A DNA stretch of 57,419 nucleotides from Octopus sinensis (lineage: Eukaryota), in the NCBI RefSeq assembly GCF_006345805.1, contig NW_021834313.1, forward strand, positions 1 through 57,419, read 5' to 3'. The notes under the pieces were generated by a model. That model was not told the origin of the DNA. It ran no database searches and was given only the letters and a program-made list of their open reading frames with translations. Shown one piece after another: positions 12,731 to 25,307 of the stretch. Each line of letters opens with the position of its first letter. The stretch's first letter is position 1. The translations under genes were made by a program, and so were the position numbers.

Positions 12731-14592
12731 TATATATATACTTAGTCTCAATTAAGTTCCTGACTGACCTACGGGAAAAATGAAAATAAAGTACAAGTGC
12801 ACCAGGTCTTTTTCCTTGTACGCGAAACAGTAACTGCAGACAGTATTTGGAGCAATGCCTTCTTAATCAGACAAATAGAAATTATACAAAACTATCACAG
12901 ACAATCTGAGGATAACCTGAAGAACCAGTCCGAACTGTTGGTTAAATATATTCAATGAATCCCGCACCATATTATTCGGGCCGGGCACTGGTAGGAAGGT
13001 ATTAGGAACAACACTGGCCCTTGGTTCTTTTATTATTTTTGTATTAGAGTGTGATCAGGTGGTAAGCATGTATGTGATCCAGAGTAAAATATTATCAGGT
13101 GCTTCGATGTAAAAATCTTCATAATAAAAGAGAAATTCCGGAACTTTACCCTGTTATGCTAGTAGAGAGATAATCAATGAAACCGCTTCATGCTTGCTAG
13201 GAAGAGACAGTTATGTGTTTTCTGCTGGAAGGAATTCAAGAAACTGCTAAGAGGGCGCTTCCAGCTGCAGCTTCGGAATCGGAAGAGACCACTTCCTCTC
13301 CTGTACCAGGAGCTGACTAATTGGAAATCAAACGGAATGGAACTGGAAAACAAAGAATCAGAACATTTAGAACCAAAAGGTTGAGGTCTCTTTCTCAAAG
13401 TAGTTCCATCCCTTTGTCTTACGAAAATGGAGAAAGTCGGCGTCATTGGAAAGGAAAAAAAAGAGAAAATGAGATCAAATAGAAAGCACGTAAAGGAAAG
13501 AAAACAGGGACCCATTGATCATTTTGGGGAAGGTCACGTTTTACTTTGGATATATGAAATTTACAACGTTGAGAAACAAAAACGAGGACCTGGGTGATTT
13601 GCTGAACATCAAAAGTACTTTTTATTTGTGTCTGTCTGAGATGAACGCAGTGGAGAAGATACTTTGGTGGAAATAATGAGAGAAGATTATAAAAAGCACA
13701 CAGTTAGTTAATTCGCAGCAGCACATGAATTATCAGGTTGACGCGGGCCCCCTTCTCACTTCACTGCCACTCATTCAAACACCCTGTTTGTTCATAGTGC
13801 GACAAATGTCGACCTGCGTCAGGCACTTAGGATCGAAACGAAATCCACGTTGCTGAGTCGCTCGCTACAACACACACTTCTAAAATCATTTTCTTTTCTT
13901 TCTATTTTTTTCTGCATTTATATGGATAATAAATTCTATACTAGGAATAGAATGTCACGATTAAAAGTTCAGAAACCTTTGAGGGTCGGAGCGTCTGATA
14001 CGAAGGTCAACGATACTATACGTTTGACGTAAAAAATACCATAATCCGAAGGCTCGTGTTCTTTTAGTAGATGCGGCGATAGAAGTAATATATCATACAC
14101 TATATATTATTCAAGTACACTTGCTAAATACTAAAATGTCGACTGAATAAGATAAAAGAAGACGAAACGATTTTATCTATTTAATCTCCACAATTTCAAT
14201 GGCATCGTACGCGGTAGCCAATTGCAAAAATTCTTATCTAAACATAAAACAAAATCTGTTTTAAGAACTTAATATAATTATAATTCAGACATGAATGAAT
14301 GCCCACAAATTTGGAGACGCGAAGGATTAATCCGAAATCATATTTGTAGATCATAGAAAAGATTTTTTAATAAATTCTTTAGAATATATATTTTCTACTA
14401 AATCCCCATTACTGTTCCTATTTACAAGTCAATAATCAGAAACTATGACACAATGGAAATATATTCCACCGAATACGCGCACAATATATGTGCGCGTATT
14501 ATTTCTGTAAATACATACATGTGTATGGATATATATATATATATATATATCATAAATTTATACAGACATACATATGCATATACATCAATATA

Positions 14593-14631
<39 letters not shown>

Positions 14632-14637
<6 letters not shown>

Positions 14638-15061
14638 GTAAAAAGTGAAAAAACTACAGAAGGCTTGTTTTAAAAGGTTAAAAAAAATATATTTGAGTCA
14701 ATATGTCTGAAGAATGTTATAAATATTTTTCATACAATGACATAGTATAGAAGAAATGACCGGTTTCGCGTATAGCTTTTCAAATTTCTTAAATCGTTAT
14801 GTTTACGTTGAGCGGTGATCTAGATAATAAGTGATTTCTTCCGCTTTAAGGGAGATAATCACTTAAAATTATTTGCCTTTCTTTTGGATTGAGTTCTCTG
14901 TATAAGTATGTTGGAATGGTTACGTTTGGGCTTGTATTTTTCAATGAAGAATGTTTCCTTGTTTAGTCTAATTTAACATTCTTCAGACATATTGACTCAA
15001 ATATATATTTCTTAACCTTTTAAAACAAGCCTTCTGTAGTTTTTTCACTTTTTACTATTTT
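14632..15061 (-). mobile_element. Penelope-like 3' end/pLTR with ~88-bp inverted arms
   Basis: 14632-14719 pairs with 14974-15061; minus strand 14919-14972 encodes IRLNKETFFIEKYKPKRN (PLE GIY-YIG C-terminal KE..FI....P.LN pattern), followed by a hammerhead; (TA)n on both sides. Confidence 0.75.
14751..14790 (-). ncRNA. Minimal type-I hammerhead ribozyme, U3-A8 variant
   Basis: Minus strand AAGAAAU-UUGAAAA-GC-UAUAC-GC-GAAA-CCGG-UC-AUUUCUU: 7-bp stem I, 2-bp stem II, palindromic CCGG stem III, GUC cleavage triplet. Confidence 0.75.
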
Positions 15062-15100
15062 CTATATATTCAACCACGTGCTTTCACATACCAACTTTCT

Positions 15101-15144
<44 letters not shown>

Positions 15145-15163
15145 GTATAAATATATAAATATA

Positions 15164-15375
15164 TTTACTATTTTACTTGTTTCAGTCGTTTGACTGCGGC
15201 TATGCTGGAGCACCACCTTTAGTCGAATAAATCGACCCCAGGACTTATTCTTTGTAAGCCTAGTACTAATTCTGTCGGTCTCTTTTTGACGAACCGCTAC
15301 GTGATGGGGACGTAAACACACCAACATCGGTGTTCAAGCGATGGTAGGGTACAAAAACAGACGCAAAAAACACAC
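15164..15375 (-). mobile_element. SINE family A, 3' half
   Basis: TTTACTTGTTTCAGTCGTTTGACTGCGGCTATGCTGGAGCACC is the reverse complement of the family A tail. Confidence 0.9.
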
Positions 15376-16224
15376 ATATACATACATACATACATACACA
15401 CATATGTATATATATATATATATATACACACATATATACAAATACATATACGTATATATACATGCATACATAAAATTCCTGTGTAAGTCGGACCTTTTTA
15501 GATATATACATATATAAATTTTTGTATTTCATGTATATAATATACTTTATACATTGACCTGTCCAAATTACTTAACCCTACATTCAGTTCTATATCCACT
15601 CAAATTTAAACCTGTTGAGCACTAAAACGTGTATTGTATACTGAGAACATTTCGATCTCATTTACAATAGTGAGTTACACACAGTTCGCGTGGTTTCACT
15701 CGAACCAGTTGTTAAATTTTAAAAAAAGTATATTTAATGTTAACAGGTTGTTAACCTTTTTGTCGGACATTGAAGAGAAATTTAATTGGAAACATTATGA
15801 TGTCAAACGCCAGGGAAATAAATGACAAGCCAACAAGCGGTGGCAATTCAATTGGCCGTTTAATGTTTTAAAATGAAAATTAATCACTCTGTTGTGAAAA
15901 TGTTCTATTTTAATATTTTATTCGGGAGATCTGTACTATTCATTGACTGCAGTGATACTGAAGAAAATTTGATGCGTGTTTAGATCAATAAAAGTGTATA
16001 TATATGTGTGTGTTTCTGTATATTTGTAGGTGTGTAACTGCAACAAATATTCTGCACTTGCGCCAAAGCCGTCGGTTACATCCCGCTCTCTTTACAATAC
16101 TTTAATCAATCACTGTAGTTTTATCACGATAGTGGTTTCTTGTATTCTACTTAGACTGTTAAGGTGACATCGGCTTCCCTCGATACTTTAACCATCTCAC
16201 CTAAACTGTGTCTGTGTATATACG

Positions 16225-16732
16225 CCTGATGCCATGTGTTGAGAGGGATTCTTTGGAGTTTCTATAATTCACCTTCGGAAAGATGGGCTACAGCAAATAT
16301 TCTGTTCAATACCACAGATTTGTTTGTCAGATGTTTGACCATAACCAGTTGAGCATGTCCCTTAGTGGCTGACGATATGTCTATCTCTGATGGTGAGCAG
16401 AAGTAGTGGGGGAACATTATAGTTGTGTGTTGAAAGGAATTCTTAGGGGTTTGGATAATTCACCTTTGGAAACATGGGTGGTCCGTTCAACATCCTTAAA
16501 CAACCTTTATTCAAGGACCCTTTGAGCAGGATGGGTTACTCGGCCAGATGAAAATTGTAACTGGGCCCTACCTGCAAGGTCATGCGCTGTGTTTCTTGAT
16601 ATGATATCACCATGTCGCGCACATATGGTTGTGATGCATGTGCCTAGTGTAACCTTATCAGACGGGTAGTCATGATAGGTATATTTTACCCCAGTGTCAC
16701 TCTGATGGCATGTACTGCTCTCTCACTCAATA
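16225..16732 (+). mobile_element. TAA-REP copy with duplicated internal segment at its 5' end
   Basis: Collinear with 9195-9650; GTGTTGA.AGG.ATTCTT..GGATAATTCACC-like block present twice. Confidence 0.85.
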
Positions 16733-16764
16733 ATATTAATAATCATAAAAAAAAAAAAAAAAAA

Positions 16765-16803
<39 letters not shown>

Positions 16804-16804
<1 letters not shown>

Positions 16805-17201
16805 TCTCGGCGAAAGAGTTTGAGAAGCTCAGAAAATATAAAGACCTGCTCATTGAAATTGAGAAAATGTGGCATCTCAAGGCGGTTACAATACCAGTGA
16901 TCGTAGGAGCACTAGGAATGATCAAGAAGGGAACCGAAAATTATATGAGAATGATCGCTGGCTTACCATCCCTGCAAGAAGTGCAAAAGATTGTCTTAAC
17001 TGGTACATCACACGTATTGAGAAGAGCATTGTCGCTGTGAGAGCTGTTACTGCCCATGCATTTTAATTTAACCTTAAAAAAAAATGAACGAACTATTGAG
17101 TTTGGTTTAATGGCCTACCAATGTATACTATGAGTTTCTTTGCCCTAGGAGTCGGGAAGACGCTCGGCAAGAAATGGAAGCAAATTGAAAGAAGAAGAAA
17201 C
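16804..17201 (+). mobile_element. R4/Dong-clade LINE 3' end (REL domain C-terminus plus 3'UTR) inserted in (TAA)n
   Basis: Uninterrupted frame ISAKEFEKLRKYKDLLIEIEKMWHLKAVTIPVIVGALG...LQEVQKIVLTGTSHVLRRAL; (TAA)n immediately 5' and 3'. Confidence 0.9.
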
Positions 17202-17274
17202 TAATAATAATAATAATAATAAAATAATAATAATAATAATAATAATGTTAATAAAAATAATAATAATAATAATA

Positions 17275-17420
17275 GTTTCTGAACTACAAGACCAACAATT
17301 TCGAAGAGAGGTCTTAGTCTATGTCATCGACCCATGAAATTTACTGGTATTGTACTTTATCGTATCTCTGAAAGGATGAAATATAATGTTGACGTCGATG
17401 TAATTTCATTTCGGAATATA
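17275..17420 (-). mobile_element. Degenerate SINE family B
   Basis: CATCGACCC..ACTGGTATT..TTTATCG..GAAAGGATGAAA..GTTGAC resembles the reverse complement of the family B core. Confidence 0.55.
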
Positions 17421-18699
17421 AAACAAAAAGAACAGTTCTGCCAGTTTTTCATTGTCGTCGTTGCAGCTATTTCCTGAGCTTGAGACAAGCAAACGCGTAA
17501 ACACTGCTTCACTTGCATTACTAGTAATAAACTTCACCAATTTTCCGAACTTAATATCAAAATAGAACATTTTACGCCACGAACAATTGATTAGGCTTCA
17601 CTTCAAAACACGAAAATGCCAAGTGAATACCGTGCATTGATTGGCACTGTCATTCAATTCTCTGGCGATTGACGTCATTATCATGCCAAGGAAGTGTGTC
17701 TTCAGTGTCCAGCCAAAAAAGGTCAACAGCCGCTTTGCATTAAAAAACAGTAAATAGAATTTAATGACTGATTCGAAGGAATCCGTGTACGCCGTCTCAA
17801 GTCCATTACAACGTCTCCAGCCCACCACTCCGTCTATTTATTTATTTACAAACATACACACATAGTTTGTTTTTTAATTCTATCTTCATTACAATCTGGA
17901 GAGAATGTTATAATCTGCACTATGATAAATAACTCAGGAAAGAAAATATTTCTACCAGTTTTATTTAACAATAAGTGATTTATATTTTCAATATTATTGT
18001 TGAGGCGTTTTAAATTATTATTACATCAGTGTCGATTTGTAGACATTTCTTATTTTCTCTTCTATAAATATTTTAAACTCGTAAATATGATATTTCCTTT
18101 TGTTTTAATCGAAAATATTTGACAGATTTGTTTTTCCATCAGCCAATTTCAATATGTGCCATCATTTAAATTGTGAGGATTATTTAAGTAGAAGCGTATC
18201 GACTGCGTTTATCATTTTCGTCCACCATCGTGGTGGTTGTTGATTGAATTTGAATGGTAGGGTTGTATATTGTATTTCTATTCCTTTTGTCCATTGGTAG
18301 AATCTAATATTTCCAATTATAAACTAAGATAAAAGTACCCACATGTCACTGATATTTATATAAAACAGTATCCCCCTTCCTCAGGATTATGAGCATAAAT
18401 TAAACTTCCTATTTATAACTACAGCGTTTCCTGCGCCAGCATTTAAAAAAGGTAATAAAGGAAAGATAATGGCCATGCATGTAGATAAATATCTAGGTCT
18501 GTTTCTTGAATATTTGCAAAAGTCCCCTCCTCTAATTCTTGATTTGAAAAACTATGTTGTGTATAAAAGCAAAAGACCATCATAACAAAAACAAAGACAC
18601 TGCAAATTCGAAAGAGAAATAGTTGCGCGAGAGTGTGAAGACATCAGAGAGCTGCTCGTGGAAACCCGACACATCCACAGTCAATCTAACATTTAGAAG

Positions 18700-19040
18700 A
18701 AATTCTTCCTCCATACGCTTCTTCCTCTAGCAGCAGGCGCATCCTCCACCTTCCGAAAACTTTGTAGGAAGCAGCACTTCGCTCCAATTTCACTTTTTGC
18801 TCCAAGTGAGGCATTAAAAAGTTATCAGAGGATGGCAAACATGAAAATAGGGATGAAAGCTTGGCCAAAGAGGATCTCTTTCCAGTCCTTTCCCTCTAGA
18901 GCAGCACATCTTTCGCTTAGGCTACCAAACAGATAAAGAGTACATGCCGTTCCTGGTTTGAGGAAAATGGTGGGTCTGTCTTTCCAATGGACTCAACAGT
19001 GACGGAGACCCCGTGAAGGCTTGTGGCTACTATCATCCCG
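18700..19040 (-). mobile_element. Second, diverged L1/Tx1-clade ORF2 C-terminal fragment
   Basis: Minus-strand peptides VTVESIGKTDPPF..LFICLVA*AKDV..HLEQKVKLER align with the 3417-3720 translation. Confidence 0.6.
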
Positions 19041-19199
19041 CCTGAATAAAAATTTTAAAATTTCATATACTAATTCAATAAAGAAATTCAATATCTTCTT
19101 AAGACGTAATAAAGCAAAAGCAATAAAAAAATAAATGAATATCTCAACAATTTCACTAAAGAAGAAAGGGAGAATTCCTACATCCAATGTTCTCAGTCC

Positions 19200-19440
19200 T
19201 ATAGAACATTTGCAAAGACCCTTGTTAAAATACGAAGAAAGCGCGTCTGGTATGCCTGAATAACAGACAGAAATGCTTTCGATTCAGTCCCACAGGAGCA
19301 GTTTACGAAAATCTTAGGATTATATTAATTCTAATAAGTGGCGGAAAATTCTTTATCTGACCAACAACTCCATATGTATATTTATATGATCTAGTATTAC
19401 ACAAATATCTTCGTGGATACTACATAGGTAGAGTTGGATA
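19200..19440 (+). mobile_element. R4/Dong-type RT remnant
   Basis: YA*ITDRNAFDSVPQEQFTKILGLY matches the AWIDY.KAFDSVPH motif. Confidence 0.5.
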
Positions 19441-20129
19441 AAATGGCGACTTCGTGGACATTCAAGATCACCTTAATATTTTGGAAAATAAAAGCTATTA
19501 AAATAATTTCATGGCATGTGTCTGCTTAAATAAGATTTTTCTAGGAGTCCATTTTGTGATCTCAATAGATGAATTTACAAGTGAATTCAATTTATGGTGA
19601 CTACTACGGCAGGAATCAAGTTAAGAATAAATATAAGATTTACGTTTATAGTCGTTTCTAATGACGACAGAAATACTTGTAAATGAATATCAGTAGTGAT
19701 ATTATACTTTTACGTTGAACTTGGCATACATTATGCGCTTTATACAGTTGCATCTTCATTAACAACCAACTAAATAGGATTAAGATTATCGTAATTGTTT
19801 CGATATCATGTAGAAAGAAACCAGTCTGTTTGATAAGCACTCTATGAATTTACTAGAGTTTGCTAATTAGTTATCTATTTAGAAAGTCAGTAAATGGATT
19901 TGTTTCTGAATCATTATTGAATGAAATTTAGAAACGAGAAAAGACGAGCTTTACATGCATTTTGAATCTTAACTGTGAATAAATGTTCTTTTGTTTGCAG
20001 AGAATAAAGCGTGGTGCTGTAGTATTATATATTTTAATTTAAGTTCTTTATTTGAAATCAAATGAATTTATTCATTTTCGACGTGGTAATTACATACAAA
20101 GATCTTCATAAAATACATTCTGCATTCCA

Positions 20130-20640
20130 AATATGCTAGTAACATTATCGCTGTCGAATTAGTGGAGATGGAATTAGACAGATTACTTGACGAAGAAAGA
20201 AGAAGACCGAATGTGCTTAATTCAAGAAATTTAAATCAAAAATCAAACAGGTGATTTGCGAGTCAAAAGAAGAAAACAAGATTTTAAGTGTTATGATGAA
20301 CAAACGATAAAGAAATCCAGAAAATTATTGCATCTTTATTGAAATTTCTTACAAGAGGAAATCTTTATATGAAGGAACGCCTAGCGTAAGCAAACACCGA
20401 AGGCCACGCGATGAATTGGGGAGGAAACAGGAAATTCAGACGCATAGATTGACTATGGGATAATGTAAATGAGGTGGCAATGAATGGACGGCTTGATGAA
20501 TATACGTCATTAGGATTACTGTTAACATATTGTGACAATAGAGATGCAAGACTAATAGAGTAAAAGTTGTTCAGTGGTGAACAGGTTACGGTGTTCGAAT
20601 CATCGACTCGTCAGAAGAAAAAGGAAGTCAGAATTCACAT
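20130..20640 (+). mobile_element. Possible very old RTE-type endonuclease remnant
   Basis: Fragmentary CLIQE, NRDARLI, VKVV, GEQV and NHRLV. Confidence 0.3.
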
Positions 20641-21611
20641 TTCTAAAAGCTGAAAAACAAAAACTGCAGCAATATATTTGTTGTGTGGATGCCCCCAGAC
20701 GATGAAGTAGGATAGCCCAATACGTAGCTATAGAGGGGGAAGCTTAGACGTCAAGGGAGTGTAGCAGGTAGAGAACAGATGAGTAGCGGTTAGTGAGATG
20801 AGAGAGAGGCACCCGAACGTGTGACATAACAATATTTCTGAAAAGTTGTATGTGAAACGGAACCAACCTAATGGCATGAAAAAAGGAGGAACTGCTGCAC
20901 AAGGAAACACTGGAAGGAAAATGCTTGACGATAAACCCCGGCTTTTAATAAACTCTATTAAAAATGTGTCTTAGAAAGCCATCTTTCTGCAGTATATCCA
21001 GCCTCTTTGAATTATTACACATAACATTTCTTCGAAGGAAACAGTAAATGTAAAACATCAACAAACGTTTTGCAGTGACCCCTCCTCTTTTCTTATCAAT
21101 TCCTTCTCACGAGTGATAAACAAAAACATTCGGGGCTCAACATGGATGAGTATTACGTCAAATTTACACAAGGTTCTTAGGGAATGATCGAATTAAATGA
21201 TGGTTCCGAAATTGAGTCGCGGCTGGAAGGCTGTCATGAAATCAAATGGTTCGTTCGAACCAGTCTGTCCCGCAAATCAGTCAGTTCATTAACCATGACA
21301 TACAATCAGCAGATTGCAGGTTTCTAATGATCCTGAAGTTAATGCGGAAAGGAGATAAGGGTGGCATTACAGAAAAAAAAAATGTCGACCTGTTACTGCA
21401 ACAAAAATCAATTCAGCTTTTATGCGATATTACATGCAATCTTAATATCTTTTTGAAATTTTAATTTCAAATTCAGATTTTTGAACTCTAGCCGCAAGCC
21501 AAGTTTCCGACCTTTGCTTTTACATTTTGCGTAATATCTTCAAAACTGGAAGGGTCCTAATTTAAGCTAAAGATTCTGCCACCTCGCTGCCTTATTTGCA
21601 TCTAAATATTA

Positions 21612-21741
21612 TTTTACCGACCCCAAAAAACTGGAAAGCGAAGTCGACCTCGGCAGAATTTGAACTCAGAACGTAAAGACGGACAGTATGTCGCTAAGCA
21701 CTTTGTTCGGCGAGCTTACTGATTCTGTCAGCTCGCTGCCT
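21612..21741 (-). mobile_element. SINE family B 5' part, with duplicated head and flank
   Basis: AAGTCGACCTCGGCAGAATTTGAACTCAGAACGTAAAGACGG; 21572-21613 is a direct repeat of 21721-21762. Confidence 0.85.
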
Positions 21742-22956
21742 GATTTGCATCTTAATATTATTCCTAAAAATCTACAATTTCCCTGAATTCTCATAAATCC
21801 TCCAAAACAAATCTTATAGTCCAATCATTCTTACCAAAAACATCAAAACTGAACTGTTTTAGTTTGTAAGTATGAAATAATTAGCAATTATGAGGTTTAA
21901 AATACATTTCTGTCATCAAGAACGATTACTAAATATTTTTTTTCTGACTTCTCAATAAAACTTTTAACTCCTTATCTTCTAATATAAAAAAAATTACCTG
22001 CTGCTAATTGAATTTGAATAACCGTAAAAAAATTACTGGACAAAATGTAAGTATAAGGATGTTGCTCAACTGCTTATTTATCTCATTAGGAAGATTTGAT
22101 TGTTTTGCCTACGGTTTCCTGATGCCCACAGCGTTGGGGTTAAGTTCCCAGATCACAATTTGGTTCTATATTTCTTATCGTTAATTTGGTTAATAACAAA
22201 AAGCCAATTTGGTATACGAAATAATGAAGCGGTGCACTAAGGTCATCCACACACAATTTATGACGACTTAAGTTTATAATTTTTAAGCTATAAAGTTTCC
22301 TAAGATGAACCTTCACAGCCAAGTTTAGATTTATCAAGGATATTTAGGTGATTTTAAAAATCTATATCAGATTTTTACCGCCATATCTCTCGTTTTTATA
22401 TATCATCATCGTGTTTATTTCCTCATATTTCTTCTTCGAAACTCTGTTCATAATATTTTCTTTGTATTCAGGAGAGATTTTTACCAATAAAATCAAAGAA
22501 ATGGCAATAAAATGAGGCAATGAAGCATATAAACCAATGGACCAGAAGATTTTGAATTCAAAGAGACGAATATAACGTACAGGATGAATAAGTTTCACAT
22601 TCTATATTCTACAAATATCGAGGAATAGATTTGAATAAAATTCTATGTATGAAGTGTCCGAACGAGAATGAAAAAGGAAAAATAAACTTGATGGAGTCAA
22701 ACAACGATAACAATTTTACGCCAGTTGAAACATCTATCTGTGTGTGATATGAACACACTAAATGTAAAATATGGTTCTGCTTTTCGATCAGAACATGGCA
22801 GAATGAATTTTGATAACATCATGTAATCTATTTGACCACAAACAAAACAAAGCAAAAACGAAAATATTGAAAACACACGACATAAAACACATACCCAACG
22901 ATAGAGGCCCGAACGAAAAGATGGTAGCGAACAACGGGTGTACGCTGCGCATATAT

Positions 22957-23198
22957 GTGGCTCAGTGGTTAGGATGTCAGCATCACGATCGTAAGATTGT
23001 GGTTTTGATTCCTGGACTGGGCGACGCGTTTTGTTCTTGAGCAAAACACTACGAATCACGTTGCTCCAGTCCACTCAGCTGGCAAAAATGAGTAACGCTG
23101 CGATGGGCTGGCATCTCGTCCAGCTGGGGAACATATACGCCATTGAAACCGGGAAACCGGGCCCATGAGCCTGGGTAGGCTTTAAAAAAGGGCGCATT
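22957..23198 (+). mobile_element. tRNA-derived SINE family C with CORE-like central domain
   Basis: A-box TGGCTCAGTGG, B-box-like GTTTTGATTCC, GTTCTTGAGCAAAACACT..TTGCTCCAGTCCACTCAGCTGGCAAAAATGAGTA; matches 55216-55474. Confidence 0.9.
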
Positions 23199-23199
23199 G

Positions 23200-23240
<41 letters not shown>

Positions 23241-23243
23241 AGG

Positions 23244-23287
<44 letters not shown>

Positions 23288-23290
<3 letters not shown>

Positions 23291-23488
23291 GAGATGGGGT
23301 GCTGAAATGTTTCTGGTTTTGGCTAAAAGAGAATACAGGAAGAGCAGTTAATTGTGATATTCCTATCAGATTCACAAACTTACTACAGCAATCTTTGACT
23401 TTATCTAAGCCTCGGAAAAGAACTCAGAAGGTTGGGCCTCCAGCCACGCCTTTCACAATCTTCTTAAATGCAAATACTTTTCAGCACT

Positions 23489-23490
<2 letters not shown>
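23288..23490. mobile_element. Tc1/mariner-type MITE in (TA)n
   Basis: Left TACGAGATGGGGTGCTGAAATGT and right ACTTTTCAGCAC form degenerate TIRs; TA context. Confidence 0.6.
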
Positions 23491-23550
<60 letters not shown>

Positions 23551-23559
23551 TATATATTC

Positions 23560-23746
23560 GCCGTCTTGGGCCACTGAAATCAACACGTTTTTTCATTCTA
23601 TCTCTATTTATTTCCACTTATTTCTCTCGAAGAGCTTGGGCTCGAAACGTAAGAGACTTTTCCATTCTTCCTGAACGTCAAACCATTACACCTACTTGTT
23701 GTTCCTACACCTGTCTTCGTCTTAATTTTTCTATAAATTTGGACTA
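23560..23746 (+). mobile_element. Short repeat with hammerhead-like GAAGAGC..GCTCGAAAC motif (PLE-type terminus), copy 1
   Basis: CTCTCGAAGAGCTTGGGCTCGAAACGTAAGAG and downstream ~90 nt shared with 29014-29138. Confidence 0.6.
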
Positions 23747-23835
23747 TATATATATATATATATACACTCACAAGCATATACATATATGTGGTTTTAAGTT
23801 ATACACACAGAAACACAATACACACACGCACACAT

Positions 23836-23867
<32 letters not shown>

Positions 23868-24574
23868 CACACACACACACACACACACACACAACACTAG
23901 CACACACGCTAAGTCTCGGAAGTTTGGGTCTCAGACCAGCCCTTTCTATATATCCGCAAAGGCAGGAGATTTTCAGTACTCCCTTGTATATTTATGTGCA
24001 TATATATATATATATACTCAGACATATGCATACATATATGTACATATATGTATATGTGGATGTATATAACACACACGCACACACATAAACACGCCTGTAA
24101 ACACATATATGTTTGTGTGTCTTTTACTTGTATCAGTATGTTTAAGCTGCGACGACGTTTTTACGTAAGTTTCATTATATATAACACATTGTTTTCAAGT
24201 TTGTGAAAAAATACATGGATTACATCTATATAATATCTATAGATGCGGAGTTATTTTGCCTGATTAAATGGTTGTTTGTTTTATTTCCACCTAGGTTTAG
24301 TGCTGAAATAAGCATCTCCAAAATATATATATATATATATAAAACTTATACTTCATTACGTTTGATATCTATTTGGAGAAGATTTGAAAAAAACAAATTC
24401 TTTTCTTTTCATTATCTTGAATTTGTCTGATACTAAGTGAAGCAGAAATATTGGCTCTCTCTTATTCATACTTTGCTGCGGGTCTATATATTTTTGATAT
24501 CACCTCCGCCCTCGCTCCATTCCTCTCCACTCTCTCCTCACCGATTCTCCTGTGGCAAATAGAAGCAATCCACA

Positions 24575-24630
24575 TCGCTGTCGTCGTCATCGTTGTCGTC
24601 GTCATCTTCATCACCACCACCACCACCACC

Positions 24631-24664
<34 letters not shown>

Positions 24665-24760
24665 CCACCACCACTACCTTCATCATCATCATCATCATCA
24701 CCATCACCATCATCATCATCATCATCATCATCATCGTCGTAGTAGTAGTAATAGTAGTCG
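24575..24760. repeat. (CAT)n/(CAC)n/(TAG)n trinucleotide microsatellite
   Basis: Directly visible. Confidence 0.97.
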
Positions 24761-24834
24761 ATATTATTTATCGTTTTTGCGGTGATTATTTTTATCATTA
24801 TTTTTTTTCATATACACACAAAAGATTAGACTGT

Positions 24835-25307
24835 TGGAAAAGAAGAAAATTCCTAACATCGGGTTACAACAAGGAATCTTAGATGCCAGGAACCCTCCTA
24901 AGTATCATACCTGTCTCTAATTACACTGTTTTTCTGGAGCTGTGCTAAACTGGGATTTATGCCTATTTCCTCTATCCACCAGTTCAAATCTTTTGAGAGG
25001 CTTCCCAATGCACCTATAACTACTGGGATACATTTTACCCGCACTTGCCGTATTTTCTCTAATTCAATGGTTAGGTCCTTGTAGTTTGCTATTTTTTCTT
25101 ATACCTCTCATATTGATTTTTCCATCATTTGGGACTGCAATATCGATTATCTTGCGCTCTCTATTCTCTTTACCTACTACTACGAAATCAGGCCTTCTAG
25201 ATTCTACTACTTTGTCAATCTGAATGTTAAAGTTCTACATGTTGTATTTCTTACTTTCTAGCACTTTGCTAGGTACATGCTCACGCCATTTATCAGTATA
25301 TTCAAGT
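24835..25307 (-). mobile_element. Second R4/Dong-clade REL-domain fragment
   Basis: Minus-strand KWREHVPSKVLE..NFNIQIDKVVESRRPDFVVV..IIDIAVPND..NYKDLTIELEK..CIPVVIGALG (RPD..D..K motif); 5' end abuts (TTA)n at 25308-25335. Confidence 0.85.

Noticed and set aside
13174-13515. Possible host exon (ORFs on both strands)
   Set aside because: No recognisable domain and no supported splice structure; small exons cannot be excluded without RNA data
22140-22337. hAT dimerisation-domain-like peptide
   Set aside because: Resemblance too weak to call without a profile search
24451-24882. Poly-His, poly-Asp and poly-Ile ORFs
   Set aside because: Translations of a (CAT)n/(CAC)n microsatellite that is open in several frames; no protein-like context
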